NCBI GenBank assembly: GCA_043819555.1
Contig: JBDREQ010000078.1
Coordinates: 1 to 54,047, forward strand
Length of the DNA stretch: 54,047 bases
Direction: 5' to 3'
From: Candidatus Zixiibacteriota bacterium
GTDB taxonomy: Bacteria > Zixibacteria > MSB-5A5 > GN15 > JAAZOE01
Shown: piece after piece, positions 49,221 through 54,047 of the stretch
Position numbering within the stretch: position 1 is the first letter of the stretch
Layout: each line of letters starts with the position of its first letter
Made by a program: the position numbers and the translations under genes
The notes under the pieces: model-generated
Seen by the model: only the letters and a program-made list of their open reading frames with translations
Databases searched by the model: none
What the model was told of the DNA's origin: nothing

Positions 49221-49341
49221 CATACTTATGAAATACTCAATAAGAGTACCGTCATGGCTATGGGAATTTTAAGTACATCGATAACAACTGTTTAGATTGC
49301 CCGCTGCAAAATCATTCAATTAGGTTATGCAAAGGCAATAA

Positions 49342-49722
49342 TTAACCGATTAGTTCTTTCACTTTCTTAAGAAGCGCATCCCGGTCAACCGGTTTATCAA
49401 AATAACCCTGCGGCGGATTTACTTTTTTGGAACGCTCCAAAAAACGCTTAAAATCACTGGAAACTCCGGTTATCATGATGACCGGAATATTTGCCGTTGC
49501 CGGCGTTTCCTGCAGGTTTCTTATGGCCTTGATTCCGGATTCATTATCCATACTTATATCGAGCGTGATAAGTGAAACATTTTCGGTTTTGGCCAGTTCG
49601 AAACCTTTTTGCCCGTCTTCGGCCGTAATGGTATCGTAATCGTTATCTTCAAAATAGGCAATCAGCAAATCTCTCTGATCGGCTTCATCCTCAATAATCA
49701 GAATTTTCTTTTTCTCCGACAT
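49342..49722 (-). CDS. Single-domain response regulator
   Basis: ILIIEDE, LITLDISM, MITG and DKP. No output domain. Confidence 0.92.
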   Translation of the reverse strand: MSEKKKILIIEDEADQRDLLIAYFEDNDYDTITAEDGQKGFELAKTENVSLITLDISMDNESGIKAIRNLQETPATANIPVIMITGVSSDFKRFLERSKKVNPPQGYFDKPVDRDALLKKVKELIG

Positions 49723-49822
49723 TTCAATATCCTCCCAGATATCTATTATACACTATATCACGCCATCAATCAATATCTTTGTACTGTTTTTAAGGTTGGT
49801 CAAAATTTAAGAGTTTAGTACA

Positions 49823-51259
49823 TTAGTTTTCATCAGGTTTATCGCTCGCGGCAGATTCGCTATGTTCCCGAGGCATGGCAATTGAGATTTTTGTGCCCAC
49901 CCCCGGCTCCGATTTTATCTCGATTTTACTTCCATGAGATTGGGCGATTTTATGGGCAATAAAGAGTCCCAATCCGGTTCCCCCCGAGCCTTTGGATGAA
50001 AAAAACAGCGTAAAAGCCTTATCGCGAGTTTCCTGATCCATACCAATACCGTTATCGGAAATCTCAAATCCGATTTGTTCAGAGTCGCCTTTTATGATGA
50101 TCCTTACTTCATGATTCTCTTTTTGTTTATCCATCCGGCAGGCGTCAAATGAATTATCCACCAGATTTATAAGCATTGAGCGAATGGCCTTGTGGTCGGC
50201 TTTCAATAAATTATTATCAAGATCAACTTCTTTGGAAAAATCGATTTTCAGGCTCTCGGCTTTGGGCTTCATAACCGAATAAATCTCATCGATAACTTCA
50301 CCGACATTTAGATTTATCCACTCGGGTTCGCGATCCTTGGCATAATACAAAATATCCAGTACGGTGCTGCGTATGCGGTCGACGTTGCGCAACACCATCT
50401 CCCAACCTTTATCTATTCGGCCTCGATCTTCTTTCTGCATGCCGGTATTGACCAAATAAATTCCGCCGTCCATACCGTTGAGCAATCCTTTAAGATCGTG
50501 AGAAATAGTGCTGATTATCATCCCGACCGAAGAGAGCTTGGTTTGCAGCTCCCGAATCTGTGTGATATCGGTGGACATCTCGATAACGTTTTCAATATCG
50601 CCATCATCATTATAAATAGGCGCCGTCATTACCATAACATTCATTTGCCTGCCGTCGCGGGCGACAACTACCTCTTCATGAAGCTGAACTTCGCCGCTAT
50701 CGAATGTCTTAAGAACAGCACAGGGATGACAGGCTTTATCCCGATGCTTGTAAACCTCATAACATTTACAGCCATAAAAAGTACCGAATGCTTCACGATG
50801 CAGGCGATTGGCTTCAACGATGCGAAGGTTTCGATCCTGTATGGATATAAAACAGGGGACTTCCTCAAAAAGCAGGCGGTATTTTTCCTGACTGTTTTTC
50901 AGTTGTTTATGAAGCATTTTTATATCGGTGATATTGGTTGACATTTCCATCACTGAAGTAATTTTGCCCTCAGCATCATGTATGGGGGTAGTGTAAACAA
51001 TTACAGAGACCTTCCGGCCGTCAAGGGTCTTTACCAATTCCTCGCTGCGGTGCCGGTTGCCATCCAGAAATGTTCTCTCAACCGGACAGTCCTCGCATTT
51101 TTCCGGACGTTTCTTATAAATCTGATAGCAATAACGACCCTCATAATCGCCAAAATTCTTAACGAAGTTTTCATTGGCTTCAACAATTTTAAAATTGCGA
51201 TCCTGAATCGTGAGATAGCAGGGCATCGCCTTAAAATAGGTCTTATACAGATTATCCAA
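49823..51259 (-). CDS. Cytoplasmic sensor histidine kinase with two Cys-motif PAS domains
   Basis: CY-X8-C-X2-C in each PAS, H-box SHDLKG, NLVDNS, DNGIGM and GTGLGL. No TM segment. Confidence 0.92.
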   Translation of the reverse strand: MDNLYKTYFKAMPCYLTIQDRNFKIVEANENFVKNFGDYEGRYCYQIYKKRPEKCEDCPVERTFLDGNRHRSEELVKTLDGRKVSVIVYTTPIHDAEGKITSVMEMSTNITDIKMLHKQLKNSQEKYRLLFEEVPCFISIQDRNLRIVEANRLHREAFGTFYGCKCYEVYKHRDKACHPCAVLKTFDSGEVQLHEEVVVARDGRQMNVMVMTAPIYNDDGDIENVIEMSTDITQIRELQTKLSSVGMIISTISHDLKGLLNGMDGGIYLVNTGMQKEDRGRIDKGWEMVLRNVDRIRSTVLDILYYAKDREPEWINLNVGEVIDEIYSVMKPKAESLKIDFSKEVDLDNNLLKADHKAIRSMLINLVDNSFDACRMDKQKENHEVRIIIKGDSEQIGFEISDNGIGMDQETRDKAFTLFFSSKGSGGTGLGLFIAHKIAQSHGSKIEIKSEPGVGTKISIAMPREHSESAASDKPDEN

Positions 51260-51298
51260 ACCAACTTCTCGATTCCAAGGGCCGTTATAACCGATTAT

Positions 51299-53038
51299 CT
51301 ATTTGTGCACAGCATCTAATATCTTACGAATATTAAAGAGCAGAGCCTCCTCCGTAATCGGTTTGTCAACATAACCATCCGGCGGGTTCACTGTTCGTTC
51401 GTAAATCAAACGACGCAATTCCGGTTTACCGGTAATAATGCAAATCTTTATGCCCGCTAATTCAGGATCTTTGCGAATCGATTCAAAAACATCAGAACCT
51501 GATTGCCCGGGCATACTCAAATCCAATGTAATCAAATCAGGCTTTTCACGACGTGCTGTCTCAAGCGCTTCTTCACCGGTATAAGCCTTTATTACTTCGG
51601 CACCGTTATCTTCAAGGAGCGTTGATGCAAATGTAACAAAATCCGGCTCGTCGTCAACAACAAGAATCGTAAATCCGGCCAGTTTTCCAGTGGCAACCAC
51701 TTCTTCCGGAGGCAAAACAACTGGCTCTTCAACTTTTTCGATCACCAGAGCATTGGCCACCAGATTAACCAGCTGGGTGACTTTCATATCAAGTTTGTAA
51801 TGCTTGATACAATCAGCCAATCCATCAACGCAGTTGTGACACGAAGTAACGACGTACTTAGCTCCAGTTGCCGCCATTTGTTCAGCCTTGATCTTAGCCG
51901 ATTTCAAACGCCTTGGGGTATATTCTGACATTGACATTGCCCCGCCGCCGCCGGTACAACAATAATTTTCAGCCCGGTTAGGATGCATTTCCCGGAAATC
52001 CTCGCAGACCAGATTCAGAAGTTCGCGAGGTTCTTCAAACAACCCGCAGCTTCTGGCATTATTGCACGAATCATGAAAAGTCACCGGTCCGGGATTTTTA
52101 GATTTATCGACTTTGATTTTACCCTCTTTTATATATCTCAGCATAGTTAATACCGAGCTTTCCATTACATAATTAACATCGCGTTTGGCCCAATTGGGGC
52201 CTTCGCATCGTGTCGATCGATAACCATGACCGCATTCTGAAATTACCAGCTTCTTCCCCTCAAGTTCTTCGACCTTTTCATAAAGGCGTCGGGCGACGGC
52301 TCCGCCCAAATCATCATCGCCAGAAAAAAGACCGAAGTTAGTCATATCCCAGCCATCTGACGGCATTGTCCAGTTTTCACCGGCCTCATTGAATATAAGA
52401 GCGGCATCGCTAATTGTGCGCGGATCATATTTGACTTCACGAGGATTAATTGAGTAAACAACATCAGCGTTCTTTTTATCAATCGGAATTCCGGGGTAAG
52501 ATTCGCCGTGTTCCACTTGCAACTCTTCGGTCAGCCATTCCAGAGTATCAATATAATCCTCTTTGAGGACCCCCATCTGATTGCCCAGTTCCCATTGGTC
52601 TTTACTTACTACGGCTACGCCCTCAGGCATAATCCCGACTGACACCAATAACCCTCGAGCCATACGGTTGAACGTAGCGTAATCGACGCCCATGGGACAA
52701 TTAATAGTGCACCGCCGGCAATTGGTGCATTTACCAAAAACAGTATCCTTTAGCTCTTCCAAATCATCATCAGTGTAAACCGATTTAGCGTGGGCCCACC
52801 AAGGCACTACCCGCCCGGTCCAATCAAAATGTCTCTTAAATAATGAACGAATTTTATCGGCTTTATAAGCGGGAGCATAAGTGGGATCGCCGGGATTGGC
52901 CAGAACATAATGGCAGGCGTCTGTGCAATTACCGCAATGAACGCATGCGACCAGCGAACTGACTATCTGACGATTGAGTTTCTTGCCCATTCGCTCCAAA
53001 ACCTTTTGCGCATTGTGTGATCTATTTTTATCGGACAT
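51299..53038 (-). CDS. TmcB/HdrD-like Fe-S (CCG-domain) protein fused to a C-terminal receiver domain
   Basis: CVHCGNCTDAC, CTNCRRCTINCP, ECGH, HDSC...CCTGGG...SCHNC, then ILVVDDE...LITLDLSMP...DKP. Confidence 0.85.
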   Translation of the reverse strand: MSDKNRSHNAQKVLERMGKKLNRQIVSSLVACVHCGNCTDACHYVLANPGDPTYAPAYKADKIRSLFKRHFDWTGRVVPWWAHAKSVYTDDDLEELKDTVFGKCTNCRRCTINCPMGVDYATFNRMARGLLVSVGIMPEGVAVVSKDQWELGNQMGVLKEDYIDTLEWLTEELQVEHGESYPGIPIDKKNADVVYSINPREVKYDPRTISDAALIFNEAGENWTMPSDGWDMTNFGLFSGDDDLGGAVARRLYEKVEELEGKKLVISECGHGYRSTRCEGPNWAKRDVNYVMESSVLTMLRYIKEGKIKVDKSKNPGPVTFHDSCNNARSCGLFEEPRELLNLVCEDFREMHPNRAENYCCTGGGGAMSMSEYTPRRLKSAKIKAEQMAATGAKYVVTSCHNCVDGLADCIKHYKLDMKVTQLVNLVANALVIEKVEEPVVLPPEEVVATGKLAGFTILVVDDEPDFVTFASTLLEDNGAEVIKAYTGEEALETARREKPDLITLDLSMPGQSGSDVFESIRKDPELAGIKICIITGKPELRRLIYERTVNPPDGYVDKPITEEALLFNIRKILDAVHK

Positions 53039-53087
53039 ATCAATCTCCATTTTTCAATATCAAAAAATAATCTACTTTACTCCTTGC

Positions 53088-53759
53088 TTATGAAGGATGC
53101 TCCATCGGATATACTCCCCGACGGCCCAGGGTTTTGCCAAGATAGTAGCGAGTAAACGGATAATACAGATAATGCGAAATCTTGGAAAAGGGAACATAAA
53201 CCAGGAAAAATGCGGTCTGGTAAAAGTAAATCATCATCAAAGTTTCGCCGCCTGTAATATTATTGGGTACGGCCAAAAAGGCAAATGCAAACCAGACCGT
53301 TAAAAACCACAGCGAAAAATGATCATCCGGAGATGAAATGGCCCGCATGTAATTGCTTCCAAGTCGCCGAATAATCCTCATTAATCCCACGATAAATGCC
53401 GCTCCGATAATTGTTTGAATTGCGGGAACAACTCTCGCAATGGTCAAAATATTCGGTAAATACGGAATAATAAACGACAGCATGATAGCTGCCGTAACAC
53501 CCAGGTGGAAAATAACAAATTGAAAATATAAAAAGAGCTTGGTGCGTGTACTTTCCATCGCCCATGGCATGGCAACGTTGGCCCATGAGTATATTATACT
53601 CTTGCGCGGCTTTAACATGCCAACACCGGTCGGCGCCTGCCGCTCTTTACCCGCCATGAAACGGGTCAGCCATATTAGCCGTGTAATATAAACCAGCGCC
53701 ATGAAGACCAGTGCTATTTCCTGCAGGGTATGCTCGGCAAAATGTAATTGACTGCTCAT
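53088..53759 (-). CDS. TmcC/NarI-like membrane cytochrome b subunit
   Basis: About 5 TM helices with PWAMESTR, FHLGV, R.ISSPDD and PFSKISHY motifs. Adjacent to the TmcB-like gene. Confidence 0.8.
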   Translation of the reverse strand: MSSQLHFAEHTLQEIALVFMALVYITRLIWLTRFMAGKERQAPTGVGMLKPRKSIIYSWANVAMPWAMESTRTKLFLYFQFVIFHLGVTAAIMLSFIIPYLPNILTIARVVPAIQTIIGAAFIVGLMRIIRRLGSNYMRAISSPDDHFSLWFLTVWFAFAFLAVPNNITGGETLMMIYFYQTAFFLVYVPFSKISHYLYYPFTRYYLGKTLGRRGVYPMEHPS

Positions 53760-53768
53760 ATTGATTCC

Positions 53769-54047
53769 CTACCCTCCTATCTTCTTAAACTGACTCTGGA
53801 ACGCCAGATATTCACGGTTATCATTGGCGCAAACAACTATATCTTTGATTCTTGGATTATTCGATAAATATTCTTTTATCGTCTTAAGAGTTATCTCAAC
53901 ACTGACATCTAGAGGAACGCCATAAAATCCCGCTCCCATTGGAGGAAAAGCAATGCTTTTTATCCCTTTTTCTTCCGCGGCATGGAGAGTGTTGGCAATC
54001 GTTTGTTCCAATTTTTTATTTAGACTTTCTTCCTGAAAACGAGGGCC
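53769..54047 (-). CDS. Macrodomain (ADP-ribose-binding) protein, 5'-truncated by the window edge
   Basis: Frame open to the edge: GPRFQEE...KSIAFPPMGAGFYGVP. Confidence 0.85.
   Translation of the reverse strand, partial: GPRFQEESLNKKLEQTIANTLHAAEEKGIKSIAFPPMGAGFYGVPLDVSVEITLKTIKEYLSNNPRIKDIVVCANDNREYLAFQSQFKKIGG

Overview
AT-rich bacterial chromosomal window. Dockerin-type domains, T9SS-type C-terminal tails and a PorV/PorQ-family gene suggest an FCB-related lineage such as Ca. Zixibacteria (inference). 1-3098 is the 5' part of a very large Cys-rich secreted protein gene that the ORF track misses. It is followed by a candidate structured RNA and a small GC-richer islet beside tRNA-Met. About 4.6-41.8 kb is a Wzx/Wzy-type surface polysaccharide locus resembling PEP-CTERM/exosortase-associated loci: VanZ, WecB, Wzx, GT4/GT2, acetyltransferases, DegT, FemAB-like, O-antigen ligase/Wzy, hydrolase 1/2, ACP, AsnB, NadE-like, AMP-ligase and Wzz. 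Interleaved are secreted-protein genes with three kinds of surface tag (T9SS-type CTD, dockerin, PEP-CTERM). The right end holds housekeeping genes, tRNA-Arg, a membrane-anchored reductive-dehalogenase-like gene and a macrodomain/TmcC/TmcB-receiver/PAS kinase/receiver cluster. Best candidate for a new system (inference): three secreted proteins share a sigma-54-like promoter and show complementary missing or orphan FN3 first strands, suggesting a donor-strand-complemented surface filament. Second candidate: a membrane redox complex fused directly to a phospho-receiver domain. All family assignments come from motif recognition by eye, not database searches.
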